This document shows positions 19,294 to 29,121 of a stretch of DNA of 64,000 bases, piece by piece. This DNA comes from a virus, in the IMG/VR virus record IMGVR_UViG_3300025131_008220, positions 1-64,000 of that record. The stretch is one strand, 5' to 3'. The notes beneath the pieces are model-generated. The model was not told the DNA's origin. It saw nothing but the letters and a program-made list of their open reading frames with translations, and did no database searches. A program made the position numbers and the translations under genes. Positions within the stretch are counted from its first letter, which is position 1, and the number at the start of each line of letters is the position of its first letter.

Positions 19294-19630
19294 ATCTTAA
19301 AAAATCAATAAGTGTTTTAGGTTTCTTTTCTATCTCTACTCTGTCTGCTTTTACTCCTTTGTCTATTGTAGCATGTTCTTTTCTAAAGTCAAGGCTAGAG
19401 AGCTTCTGCTGTTTTTTAAGATATTTTTTAAATTTTTCAGTGCGAAACTGAGCTAAGCTCTCCATCTCTAACGAGCTAAAATCTAAGTCTTTAAATATTT
19501 GCTCGCCAAAATCTTTAATAAGAGACTTACCTATTACAATTTCTTTGGGCCAGTTTACATTCTCTGGGTCTTTGCAAAACTTCCAGACAAGGTACTGGTA
19601 TATATTATTGATCTTTTTTTTCTTTTTCAA
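19259..19630 (-). CDS. Hypothetical protein
   Basis: 123-aa ORF with a TTG start, co-oriented with recA. Confidence 0.65.
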   Translation of the reverse strand: MKKKKKINNIYQYLVWKFCKDPENVNWPKEIVIGKSLIKDFGEQIFKDLDFSSLEMESLAQFRTEKFKKYLKKQQKLSSLDFRKEHATIDKGVKADRVEIEKKPKTLIDFLRYGSEKEDKTIG

Positions 19631-19658
19631 CTGAAAGTCCTGTGTTCATAGCTAGTTA

Positions 19659-19687
19659 ACTATAGCATAAACTTTAGAAAATGTCAA
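19659..19687 (-). promoter_or_regulatory. Sigma70-type promoter heading the recA/replication block
   Basis: TTGACA-N17-TATAGT. Confidence 0.75.
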
Positions 19688-20676
19688 ACCGGAGTACCGT
19701 CTGAATAATTCCAGCCAGTTGTTGCTAAATACTCTTTGAATTCGTCTGCTGTCATGCCTTTATAAAGAGGCCACTGGGATTGGAAATTTTTACTCCAGTC
19801 AATTTCGTGCTCACTTTTATTTAACTTCTCTTTATACTCTTGTTTGAGTTTGTATAGCTTCGTCTCGTCGTTATAGTTCCAGTATTTTGCCTCTCTCATC
19901 CTTAAGGTGGCAGTGTGTGACACGTCGCAGTTGTCGTGCACATCAGAGTTTAAGACAAGTTTGAGTTTAGAGTTGCTTTCTCTTAGTTTGTTGCTTACGG
20001 TAAGATGTGGAGAAGTAGGATTATTAGCACTGTCCTTGACGTATTTTCCCATATCTAAAAATACTTTAGAAAACTCATCAATCTGATCTGAACTAGAGAA
20101 AAACCAGAGATCGTTTATGCTTGTTGCCACAGTATAGCCGCTGACTCTCGTTTGCCATATAGAAAAGGGCGCATAAAAGTAACTCATGTCGTAGTCAGAA
20201 AAAACAAAGTCCTCGAAGGCAAGTAGGTCGTATCTGGTAATGAAGACACAGTCATATTTAAAGTTATTTTCTTCCTCGTATTTCCTTTTTTGCTCTACGG
20301 CTTTATAAAAAGAATAAAATCTACTCCACTGCGCTTTTGAGCATTCGCGCTGATGCTCGATATTTTGATCGCCTTTGCAGAACTCCTCCGTGTCGAAGTC
20401 TTTATACTCCTCGGATAAATATTTTTTAGGTTTGTATAGGTCTAGGAGCTGTTCTTCGTAGTCTAAGTCACGAATATGCAAGAAGGTGTCAACGTTCTCG
20501 TTTTTACTAAATATATGGTGATCATATTGTCGGTGCCCTAGTTGGGGGTCGATAGTGTTAAAGGGCGTGGCCGTAAGACCATCTGCCGCAGAGCCTTTGG
20601 TTACATCGTGAACACCTCTGCCCCATTTTCCGCTTTCATGGCCTAACATGCCAGCTAAACAAACAGCTATTCTCAT
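19684..20676 (-). CDS. Putative glycosyltransferase-like protein (paralog of 22077..22937)
   Basis: MRIAVCLAG, DTFLH, YKPK, YDCVFITRYDL and NDLWF. Confidence 0.65.
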   Translation of the reverse strand: MRIAVCLAGMLGHESGKWGRGVHDVTKGSAADGLTATPFNTIDPQLGHRQYDHHIFSKNENVDTFLHIRDLDYEEQLLDLYKPKKYLSEEYKDFDTEEFCKGDQNIEHQRECSKAQWSRFYSFYKAVEQKRKYEEENNFKYDCVFITRYDLLAFEDFVFSDYDMSYFYAPFSIWQTRVSGYTVATSINDLWFFSSSDQIDEFSKVFLDMGKYVKDSANNPTSPHLTVSNKLRESNSKLKLVLNSDVHDNCDVSHTATLRMREAKYWNYNDETKLYKLKQEYKEKLNKSEHEIDWSKNFQSQWPLYKGMTADEFKEYLATTGWNYSDGTPV

Positions 20677-21707
20677 ATGTAATCCTTAATGTCGTTGTCA
20701 ACCATATCTTTGACCATCTGATTAAATGAAATTTCTCTTTTCCAGTTAAGCTCTTGCTCCGCAATAGTTGGATCTCCGTGAAGAAGGGTTACTTCTGCTG
20801 GTCTGAACCATCTTTCATCAACCTCTGCTAGTACCGTGTTTTCTTGAAACACTCTGAATCTAGCCTCCTTACCTTCCCCGCTCCAAAGGCCTGCGATGCC
20901 TGCGTTTTGGAAAGCTAGAGAAACAAAGTCTCTTACAGAATGAATCTTACCGCTTGCTAAAACATAGTCTTTAGGCTTGTCTTGGTTGAGCATTAGCCAA
21001 ACGCCTCTCATGAAGTCTCTGCTGTCGCTCCAGTCTCTTTTAGAGTCAACGTTCCCCAGTTTGAGGGTCTCAAAGCTTTCTTTATTTTTTGTTTTATGGT
21101 AAATTTCTGCAACCTTTTGGGTGATTTTCCTAGTAACAAACTCGGCTCCCCTTCTTGGGCCTTCGTGGTTAAAGAGGATTGAATGAACTGCGTAAAGATT
21201 ATAAGAGTCCCTGTATACTTTAACTAAATGCCTAGCAGCAGCTTTAGACGCTCCATAAGGACTCCTTGGTTTGATTGGGTGTTTAATGTCTTGAGGGACG
21301 TAGTCTACGTCTCCAAACTCTTCCGAAGATCCGGCACTATAGAACCTACAGTCGGGCTTAAATTTTCTAATCGCTTCTAGGCATCTTATGACTCCTCCGG
21401 AGTTGACATCCATTACGCTTAGGGGCATGTCCCAGCTAACACCGACATATGAATTAGCTCCAAAGTTAATCAAATAGTCGGGTGTTATTTTTTTGACTAA
21501 TCTATCTATGCTTGCGCTATCAGACAGGTCTCCATCAACAAGCTCGAACCTGTCGTTGTTTTTAAAACTCTCAATGTTATCGTAATTAGGAGTGCCTGAA
21601 CGGCGCTGCATTCCATATACCCGATGATCCGTGCTGGAAAGCAGGTATTCTGCCATGTTGGCTCCGTCTTGCCCTAAGACCCCTGTAATCAATACTTTCT
21701 TGCTCAT
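20673..21707 (-). CDS. gmd: GDP-mannose 4,6-dehydratase
   Basis: ITGVLGQDG, SSEEFG, PRSPYGASK, LFNHEGPRRG.EFVTRKI, LGNVDSKRDW and RPAEV. Confidence 0.95.
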   Translation of the reverse strand: MSKKVLITGVLGQDGANMAEYLLSSTDHRVYGMQRRSGTPNYDNIESFKNNDRFELVDGDLSDSASIDRLVKKITPDYLINFGANSYVGVSWDMPLSVMDVNSGGVIRCLEAIRKFKPDCRFYSAGSSEEFGDVDYVPQDIKHPIKPRSPYGASKAAARHLVKVYRDSYNLYAVHSILFNHEGPRRGAEFVTRKITQKVAEIYHKTKNKESFETLKLGNVDSKRDWSDSRDFMRGVWLMLNQDKPKDYVLASGKIHSVRDFVSLAFQNAGIAGLWSGEGKEARFRVFQENTVLAEVDERWFRPAEVTLLHGDPTIAEQELNWKREISFNQMVKDMVDNDIKDYI

Positions 21708-22066
21708 AAATTAAGATCTCCTATTCCTTCGTTCCTTGTAAGGTTGTGAGCAAATGCTGTTAGTGTCCCGTCGGGTTTCTTGTCATTTACTAAATGCCTA
21801 ACTCCTCCGCCTACGCCCATAATAAGTTGATCGTAAAAGATATTCATATTCGCTAACTGCATTTCCGTAAAAAGCCTAGAGCTTTCTTTCCTTCCGGTCA
21901 TAAGTACTATGTTATAACCCTTACCTTCCCATTCGTCTATTTTTTCAATAGTAGATCTTAGGGGCTTCTCGTCTGATTTGTACTCGCTCGTTGCTTTGGA
22001 TAAAGTACCTCTGTGCTCTATCAGGGTTCCGTCAATGTCTAATATGATTGTTTTTACTGGTGTCAT
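21704..22066 (-). CDS. HAD-superfamily phosphatase (capsule-biosynthesis type)
   Basis: LDIDGTL, MTGR, YDQLIMG and NDK. Confidence 0.8.
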   Translation of the reverse strand: MTPVKTIILDIDGTLIEHRGTLSKATSEYKSDEKPLRSTIEKIDEWEGKGYNIVLMTGRKESSRLFTEMQLANMNIFYDQLIMGVGGGVRHLVNDKKPDGTLTAFAHNLTRNEGIGDLNL

Positions 22067-22076
22067 TTGAAAATAT

Positions 22077-22937
22077 TTACTTATTTTTAAAAATTAGTCT
22101 TCTAACTAAGGGAAAGTCGTCGTGAGTATGAAACTTAAAGTCTAACTTATCTAACAGGCCTTCTTTTTCAAGGTGAGCGGGAGCTAGCCTGTGATTAGAT
22201 ATGTTACCTGCCCAGTCTGTAACAGAGTTTTTCTTCTCTCCGTTCCATGATCGACCCGGTCTCGTGTACTCGTTTAAATTGTCGAATAGCCCGCAAAACT
22301 TATCCATGTACTCGGGGTTGCTTATAAACCAACGATCAATTACCCCTTCGTCGTTGTGAGGATAACCTACGAGCCTTGATCTGTAGCCTTTAGCTTTCTG
22401 CTCTTCGTTTATCTGGCCTCTAACTACTAAATCTTTTTCTAGATGGTGCCATTCATGATTACCTACATCTTTTCCATTTTTAGAAATTCTATTCCAATAA
22501 CCAGCATAAAATTTATTTTTGTCAAGTTCTTTAAAAATTACGTCAGTCTGCCAAGCAACATCGTACCTACCTATGTATACAAGATCGTATTTCTGCCCAG
22601 AGACTTTCTCGTAGTCTTGTCTAAGGTGGCTAGCTATCTTGTAGCTGAACCACATGTGATAATGCCCCTGTTTTCTTGCTCGATCTCCTGTCACATGGCT
22701 CGGTATGTTGAAAGTCGGCTCAGGTATGAACATATATCTTTTGGGCTTGTAGAGAGAAAGAATCTCCTCCGAAAATTGGACAGATGAAGTGTGGCAGAAA
22801 ATATCCACATCGTTTTTGTCCACAATATGTTTTTTATACTGCTTGAAGCCAGACTTAAGGACTTCTAAGGATTGGTTAAGGCCGTATTTACCGTCCTTAC
22901 CTCCCACCATCCCTATCAAGCACAGAGCAACTTTCAT
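22077..22937 (-). CDS. Putative glycosyltransferase-like protein (paralog of 19684..20676)
   Basis: MKVALCLIG, DIFCH, YKPK, YDLVYIGRYDV and DRWF. Confidence 0.65.
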   Translation of the reverse strand: MKVALCLIGMVGGKDGKYGLNQSLEVLKSGFKQYKKHIVDKNDVDIFCHTSSVQFSEEILSLYKPKRYMFIPEPTFNIPSHVTGDRARKQGHYHMWFSYKIASHLRQDYEKVSGQKYDLVYIGRYDVAWQTDVIFKELDKNKFYAGYWNRISKNGKDVGNHEWHHLEKDLVVRGQINEEQKAKGYRSRLVGYPHNDEGVIDRWFISNPEYMDKFCGLFDNLNEYTRPGRSWNGEKKNSVTDWAGNISNHRLAPAHLEKEGLLDKLDFKFHTHDDFPLVRRLIFKNK

Positions 22938-23916
22938 GTAATTCCTTTATTTTGTTCGACAATCTAAGCTTAATTAATTCCTGCAGCCCGCTTAACTCTT
23001 TGGTTACATCTCTAAATTTATCAGTATTAAAAATATAATGCCCGCAAACCTCAACTAAGAGTCTCTTTTCGTGCAAGTCCCGCGGAGAAAAGCCATCTGG
23101 TAACCATTTTAACCAAAACCTAGACAAATAGCAAGCTTTAAATAGTCTTTCAAACAAATCTACTCTTTCTTCTTCTTCTATTTTGTGTAAAGTGCATCTA
23201 GTTTCTTCTACTCCTGCCTCTGGTGCTATATTTATGGCGTCTAGGCCTAGTTCGAATCTTCTTCTTATTAAGTCTCCCTTTAGATAGTCACCATTATGTT
23301 CTTTGCTCAGTAAGCCAAAGTCTTTGCAGACAGAAATCATTTCTTCACATCTTTTCTCATTAAATACCCCCGTGTTTGTTGTCCCTGAAAGACCTACGCC
23401 AGACTGTATAACGGCAAACTTAATTCTATTAAATCTTTCTCCTAAGTCTTTTTTTAATTTATTTAAAAAAACTCCTAACTCGGAAGGGGAATACTCTCTT
23501 ATCGCTTGCTCGGTTCCTACTTCGAATTTACAATTATTATCGCTTGATTCACAGCAGGCATTAATGCTAAGCGTTGTAACTAGAACCGCCGAATCTATAT
23601 CTTCAAATTTCTTCCAAGGGTCAACGTGAATTAAATCTAAATTATTTCTGGCGTCATCTTGTAAAGATTCTAACCCGTCGTCATTTGCTTGTCCTTGTGA
23701 TGGCCCTCCGTGATCTCTTTGGATTAGGATTTTATCTGTACGCTCCCTTACGTAATTGGTAAATTCTTTAGTGTTCCAATTGTTAACATATCCTCTACTG
23801 TTGTCTATTTGTCTTCTAGAGGGTATGAGTCCTAGGTTCCACCCTTGGGTTGCTAGCTCAATAGTCGTATCGACTATATTCTTGCTCATCGGGCCTATGA
23901 ATAATTTAGGAAGCAT
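22897..23916 (-). CDS. GatZ/KbaZ-like TIM-barrel sugar-phosphate epimerase/aldolase-related protein
   Basis: RDHGGP, IHVDPW, FEVGTE, KEHNGDY and NIAPE.G. Confidence 0.7.
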   Translation of the reverse strand: MLPKLFIGPMSKNIVDTTIELATQGWNLGLIPSRRQIDNSRGYVNNWNTKEFTNYVRERTDKILIQRDHGGPSQGQANDDGLESLQDDARNNLDLIHVDPWKKFEDIDSAVLVTTLSINACCESSDNNCKFEVGTEQAIREYSPSELGVFLNKLKKDLGERFNRIKFAVIQSGVGLSGTTNTGVFNEKRCEEMISVCKDFGLLSKEHNGDYLKGDLIRRRFELGLDAINIAPEAGVEETRCTLHKIEEEERVDLFERLFKACYLSRFWLKWLPDGFSPRDLHEKRLLVEVCGHYIFNTDKFRDVTKELSGLQELIKLRLSNKIKELHESCSVLDRDGGR

Positions 23917-25447
23917 TATATTTATTTAAATAAAATTTACCAAAATAAAACAAAAAGGTTTTAAGCTCTCCTTCATGCAGGGGTGCCATGTTGACCCATA
24001 TCAAAGAGGTGAGAATCTCAACCTTCTTTATGTCATACTCGTATCGAGACAAAAAATCATACAAAACTTCCCTGCAACGACCCAGCTTATCGCTTCGGAA
24101 AATATCTACCTCCACTCCGCTAGAAGAAAAATCGACTTTATAATAATTAGAAGAAGCTATGTCAAACGTCAAGCCATGGTTCAATTTGGCAAGGTCATAA
24201 TAAACGTCGCCAACTTCGCTGCCTCCGAACTCCTGCCTCCAGTCTATTAAGGTAAATTTTCCATTTTTTTCTATTATATTATCTGGAACACAGTCTCCAT
24301 GAAACTTACAGGGTATGCCTTCTGTTAGTTTATAATCAAAATCAAGGTTTGATAAAATTTGTTTTACTGGAATGCAGTGCATCCCATTGATTCGTTCGTT
24401 TTTGTCCTCAATTCCTGTGGCCTCCTCTAATTTATCTATTCTTTCTATAGTCTTTTTGAAATAAAAACTACGGCAGGACTCCATAAAGAGCTGACTTGAT
24501 TCTCTAGGTTTCCATAGGTCGTCGGAACACCAGTTAAGAAAAGACCTCATCTTATCTTCGTTTATAGTTTTTGCAAATGCTTGGCCATCTACTTTTTCAT
24601 ATTTATAAAAATTATTTATATGCCCTGTTATTTCTGGCGCTAGTCCTTTTAGTTTGTTCGCTCTAGATACCCTTTTTTTAGATATATTTTCGTCATGAAA
24701 GAATTTGACTATAGAGCCGTCTATTAGATATATATTTTCTTCTGGCTTATCTAGCACTTCTAGCTCTGATTGAACTGAATTTCGAGTCGAGCTTAACTTT
24801 CTGGTATTCCCTATGTCTAGCCAAGTCTTGCTCTCGATGACTTTAAAGTCACAGTCATCTTTAGACATTTCGTTTATAGCGTGGCAGTCTGACTCGCTTT
24901 CGGGCTTAAGTTTTTGCCAAAAGTTTTCAAAGTCTCTTATTCCGCAGAGGCCTATGTAAGATAAGTTCTTAGTGTTTGGTGGTGCGGCTCCTTTATCTCT
25001 GAATTTTATAAATTTAGATCCCTGTTTCTCTATGGTTCTATATTGGTCGTTGCCAGCCTCGTGGTAGCCGAACACCCAGTTGTGACTTGGTTCGGGTATT
25101 CTTTCTTGAGCGATTGTGTCGCAGGCATTAAATACAAAGGGGCACTGTAGGTGTTTTGAAGCTTCGAGCATTGAGAGCCCGAGACTGCTGCCTTCCCCTT
25201 CGAATTTTGAAACCTTTACAAAGGTAAAGTTTTTATTTGGGTAGACTAGGTTCAGAAAGTCATGAACATGCTGCCCATAGTGGCCTAAAGTCACGACAAT
25301 CTCTATATCGTCAGAATAGTTATCTAATATATGGCTTATGCAGGGCTTATCCCCTACTCTTACTAACGACTTGTTAGTAAAGGTAGTTAGATCTCCGAGT
25401 CTACTGCCTATTCCGCTGGTAGTTAGTAAAACTTTATACTCACTCAT
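23906..25447 (-). CDS. Sugar nucleotidyltransferase fused to an APH/choline-kinase-like phosphotransferase
   Basis: N-terminal SGIGSRL..NKSL and WLDIG, C-terminal HGD..PDNI, LIDWRQ and YYDLAKL. Confidence 0.85.
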   Translation of the reverse strand: MSEYKVLLTTSGIGSRLGDLTTFTNKSLVRVGDKPCISHILDNYSDDIEIVVTLGHYGQHVHDFLNLVYPNKNFTFVKVSKFEGEGSSLGLSMLEASKHLQCPFVFNACDTIAQERIPEPSHNWVFGYHEAGNDQYRTIEKQGSKFIKFRDKGAAPPNTKNLSYIGLCGIRDFENFWQKLKPESESDCHAINEMSKDDCDFKVIESKTWLDIGNTRKLSSTRNSVQSELEVLDKPEENIYLIDGSIVKFFHDENISKKRVSRANKLKGLAPEITGHINNFYKYEKVDGQAFAKTINEDKMRSFLNWCSDDLWKPRESSQLFMESCRSFYFKKTIERIDKLEEATGIEDKNERINGMHCIPVKQILSNLDFDYKLTEGIPCKFHGDCVPDNIIEKNGKFTLIDWRQEFGGSEVGDVYYDLAKLNHGLTFDIASSNYYKVDFSSSGVEVDIFRSDKLGRCREVLYDFLSRYEYDIKKVEILTSLIWVNMAPLHEGELKTFLFYFGKFYLNKYNAS

Positions 25448-26661
25448 ATCTTTGGGTTCCAACACATAAATATAACTCTGTATCCAGAAGAGTAGGCGTC
25501 ATAGGCAAAGAGGAATCTAACTCCATGGAAAAACTTACTGAAAAACTCTCTCATTTCTTTTAATGGTATGTTCATTAGTTTATGATTTGCTGTAGACTCA
25601 AAGCAAAGATACTCGGTCCTTCTAGCTATGTCAGCAATAAAGTTTTCTGATCCTTTCGTGTGGGGATATATTTGGTGCAGCACAGACGAGAGGAACGTAA
25701 GATGGTATTTGTTTTTATCATTCTTTACAAAGTCTACTGCGTCTGCTTCTATATATTCTATATTTTTTAAACCAGTTATCTCGTCTCTGATCTCAGAGGC
25801 TAACTCTATGTCGTGGTTGTATAAATCTATTCCGGTAACAGACTCGGCCCCGGCTAAGCTAGCTTGAGTAGAAAAGAAGCCTTCGTTACAGCCTAAGTCG
25901 AGGACTTTCTTGCCTTTAGCTTTATTCATATAATAGAAATTTAACTTTCTATAACTATCGAAGTTTTTGCCGTCGCTGCTGTACCCTTTGAAAGAGAAGC
26001 CGTTGTTGAATGTATGCCCTTGGTAGATTTTGCCTTTCCATTTGTTGTCTCCTTTGGATAGGTATCTCTTCACTGCGTTATTATAAATTTTCTGACAGTC
26101 TTCTTTACTTGCTTCTGTCGGGATCTCATACCTGTTTTTGTCAACCTTGAAGCGGTGAAAGTCTACTATTTTATCTCCTATAATATTGCCCTCCTTGCAC
26201 CATTCATCTTCTGGGACTATCTTCTCGTCTATGAAGGTGTTGTTTAATTTGTTCAACAAAGGGAGTGGTGCTTGTAGCTCTTTTTTCACGAAGGCGTGAT
26301 CATTCTCTGGAATCCAACTTGGTACCCAAGGGGGTAAGTCTTCTTCTTCTAAATGATTCACCTTCATTAGAAGATGATTGCCGTCTATATTGTGCTCTAC
26401 CACTTCTGGAAAAATATTTATTTTTTTATTTTTGAAGTAGCTGATATTCTCAAAAGCCTCTTGTAGTGTCCCATATCTAGCCTCATTATCTTTTATCATC
26501 TTGAGTCCTACGCCGTCTTCCAATTTAACATAGAAGGAGTCGTCCGAATTAATGCAATGGCCTTTGATGGGTACGTCGTCGAGCATAAATTCAACGTCTC
26601 CGTGGGGCTTTCCGTTAATGCGGCCCGGCTTCTTTTTGAAATTAAAATTATAAAGCTTCAT
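25444..26661 (-). CDS. Kinase-like N-domain plus class I SAM-dependent methyltransferase
   Basis: VLDLGCNEGFF..A..GA..VTGID. The N-terminal half has GLKM, GNI..KIVDF. Confidence 0.72.
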   Translation of the reverse strand: MKLYNFNFKKKPGRINGKPHGDVEFMLDDVPIKGHCINSDDSFYVKLEDGVGLKMIKDNEARYGTLQEAFENISYFKNKKINIFPEVVEHNIDGNHLLMKVNHLEEEDLPPWVPSWIPENDHAFVKKELQAPLPLLNKLNNTFIDEKIVPEDEWCKEGNIIGDKIVDFHRFKVDKNRYEIPTEASKEDCQKIYNNAVKRYLSKGDNKWKGKIYQGHTFNNGFSFKGYSSDGKNFDSYRKLNFYYMNKAKGKKVLDLGCNEGFFSTQASLAGAESVTGIDLYNHDIELASEIRDEITGLKNIEYIEADAVDFVKNDKNKYHLTFLSSVLHQIYPHTKGSENFIADIARRTEYLCFESTANHKLMNIPLKEMREFFSKFFHGVRFLFAYDAYSSGYRVIFMCWNPKI

Positions 26662-27670
26662 AAATATCTTGTGTTAAAGGGAAATGAGTTTTTGTTATGC
26701 TTGATGAGATATTATAGTCTTTTCCTTCTCCTAGGTTATATATCTTAAAGTTAAAAGACTCTTGTAAAGTTTTTATATACTCCCAAAATATAACAAATTG
26801 TCTGTCTTGGAATCTGTTTCCATATTGTAAGTACCAATCCGGGCTTTGTTTGTTGCCGTCGAAAGCATGCTCCATGTTTTCTGATACGAAGCCATCGTTT
26901 CCCACTGTATAAATCTCAGAGGCTCCAGAAAATATAGCTAATACTATGAGTTTATAACCTACCCCTAGGGTTGAGGAGTATCTAGTATAATTATAAGAGC
27001 TGTTTTCTTCGAATCTACTGGTTAGGTTTTCTATTCTACTGAGTTCAATCTTGTCATGTATGTAGTTGGTAACTAAAGGAAAAGTCAGAAGCGCCTCTGT
27101 GTTCTCTATGCTCTCGACTAACTGCTGGCTTTCAAAATCTACTATTGAAGATAGGTAAAGTAAGTCTATTTGCTTTCTTGAAAGATCCTCGTTTTTATAG
27201 AACTCGTTGACTGTCCATAAGTAGTCGTAGTCTATTTTGTCCCAGTTTACTTCTTTGCTTGATGGCCCTCCAGAGACTATCATAACTTTTTTATTCTTGA
27301 ATTTAGAATATTTCTCAGGCAGACTTATTACACAGTCATGGTTATTATGAACCAATGTCTCTTGTTTAGAAAAGACTCTTTCTTCTTTTATTTTGGTAAT
27401 ATAATCGCTATGCAAAAAAATCGAGGCTCCGTCGGTGGGGGGAAGGAAGAAGTTCTGCTCCTTGCCTGCGTTTCTTGGTAGTGTATATTGATGCTCGCTA
27501 AAGACCTTGTCGTTGTTTGGGGAGTACCAAAGGCTATTGACCTCTACCCCGTGGGGGATGTTACTTAGGTGAGCTTGGACTTTGTCTGGCGTAAGGCCAT
27601 CTACAGGAATGGTCTCTTTCCCATTGTAGAATAGAATACAGTTTTTTAATGTTGTTCCTAGCTCGAACAT
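26648..27670 (-). CDS. Maf/DUF115-like (sialyltransferase-fold) putative nonulosonate transferase
   Basis: IVSGGPS, TVNEF, A..SGASEIY.VG.DG and HAFD. Adjacent to neuA/neuB. Confidence 0.65.
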   Translation of the reverse strand: MFELGTTLKNCILFYNGKETIPVDGLTPDKVQAHLSNIPHGVEVNSLWYSPNNDKVFSEHQYTLPRNAGKEQNFFLPPTDGASIFLHSDYITKIKEERVFSKQETLVHNNHDCVISLPEKYSKFKNKKVMIVSGGPSSKEVNWDKIDYDYLWTVNEFYKNEDLSRKQIDLLYLSSIVDFESQQLVESIENTEALLTFPLVTNYIHDKIELSRIENLTSRFEENSSYNYTRYSSTLGVGYKLIVLAIFSGASEIYTVGNDGFVSENMEHAFDGNKQSPDWYLQYGNRFQDRQFVIFWEYIKTLQESFNFKIYNLGEGKDYNISSSITKTHFPLTQDIYEAL

Positions 27671-29121
27671 AGTATTTTTCTTTCAGAGAGGTCGTAAGAG
27701 TTAATGACCGGGTCTTCATAAACTGAGTCGTTCGGGTAATGTGTTGTGGAGATCTCTTCTATTACGCACCCTTCTCTGCTGTAAAAAGAATGTTTAACTC
27801 CACGGTTGATTAAGACTGGAGAACCTTTCTTTAGTTGGATCTCTTTGTCGTTTAGAACCAAGGAACAGTCACCAGATAAGAGCTCAAATGCCTCCTCTTT
27901 TTTAATGTGGTGGTGACATGGGTGGTGCTGCCCTTCTGATACTATGAGTAATTTTTTACAATACTCTCTATTTATTTTATTTATTATTACTACCCCATGC
28001 TTATTAAAGTTATCTAAACCATAGTGTGCTGATATTTCTATCTCTTCATTAGAATCTAAATTTATATTGGCTTCTTTTAGTCTATTTTTAGCCTCTGTTA
28101 TTATTTTAGACACTAGCTCCTCGTCAATTTTTTGTTGAAGGTCTTGTTTTGTTATTGCTGAATTAGATTTTAAATCTCTAGCTAAGGTGTTTCCTACTAT
28201 ATTGTCTACCTGAGAGGCGTCAAGTTGGTTCTCCTGCAAGGGCATAGCATAAAAAACGTCCTCCTCTCTTATCTTAGATCCTGTTGCAAGGTCAGCCCGC
28301 AAGTATGCTCCCCTCTTAAGGGTTTTTAGCGAAGAGGCTTCTGTCTCGTTTCGCTTTCTGTTGCGTAGGGTTGACTCAACAGATTGAACCTTTCCTATCA
28401 TTATTCCAATAGCTGATGGCGTGCAAGAGTAGTCGTTAAGATCATCTCCTATTCCAACATGTTTTTCGATCATAGTGCAGCCCATTGCTCTTGCTATAGG
28501 AGCTATTGTCTCGTGAGGGAGCATTGGACTTTCATGCGTAGATAGCCCTATCTCTATATCTGGAAAATTATTTCTTAACTGATTAATCCTATTTAAGTTG
28601 GAGCGCTCTATGGGTGTTGGGTATTCCGCCACACAATGCATAAAAGCAAAGTCTTTCTTGTTGAATTTAAATAAATCATAAACTTTTTGTAGCTCTGGTA
28701 TTGTTGCCCCCGCTGTAGAAATGATTATCTTCTTATTCTTTTTACAAATATCTCTCAATAAAGGCCAGTCGTCTATTGAACAGCTAGCAACTTTTATAGT
28801 AGATATGTTTAAATCGTCAAACCAATCTAGCGACTCGCTATCAAAGGGGGTGGACATAGATATGAAGCCGCTGTCATGAATGTGGTCTACTATTTCTTTG
28901 AAATCTTTTTTGTTAAGCTCCGTGCTTTTAAATCTTTTAACTAATTTTAAATCTGAATCAACGAAGTCTGGGTGGATGAAGGAGTCGAGCTGTCTAAATT
29001 GTAGCTTTATAGCCGCTTGTATGCGGTAGAGATCTTTAACCTCCTTGAATTCATCAATAATCTTTTTGGCATGCTTTACGCTGCCTTGGTGATTATTCGC
29101 CATTTCAAATATATATAGCAT
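27658..29121 (-). CDS. NeuB-family nonulosonate synthase fused to SAF and C-terminal cupin domains
   Basis: EMANNHQG, STPFD, KVASC, HCVAEYP, STHE, IEKH, SAF-like region and cupin HHHIKKEEAF...H.F..EIST. Confidence 0.88.
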   Translation of the reverse strand: MLYIFEMANNHQGSVKHAKKIIDEFKEVKDLYRIQAAIKLQFRQLDSFIHPDFVDSDLKLVKRFKSTELNKKDFKEIVDHIHDSGFISMSTPFDSESLDWFDDLNISTIKVASCSIDDWPLLRDICKKNKKIIISTAGATIPELQKVYDLFKFNKKDFAFMHCVAEYPTPIERSNLNRINQLRNNFPDIEIGLSTHESPMLPHETIAPIARAMGCTMIEKHVGIGDDLNDYSCTPSAIGIMIGKVQSVESTLRNRKRNETEASSLKTLKRGAYLRADLATGSKIREEDVFYAMPLQENQLDASQVDNIVGNTLARDLKSNSAITKQDLQQKIDEELVSKIITEAKNRLKEANINLDSNEEIEISAHYGLDNFNKHGVVIINKINREYCKKLLIVSEGQHHPCHHHIKKEEAFELLSGDCSLVLNDKEIQLKKGSPVLINRGVKHSFYSREGCVIEEISTTHYPNDSVYEDPVINSYDLSERKILCSS

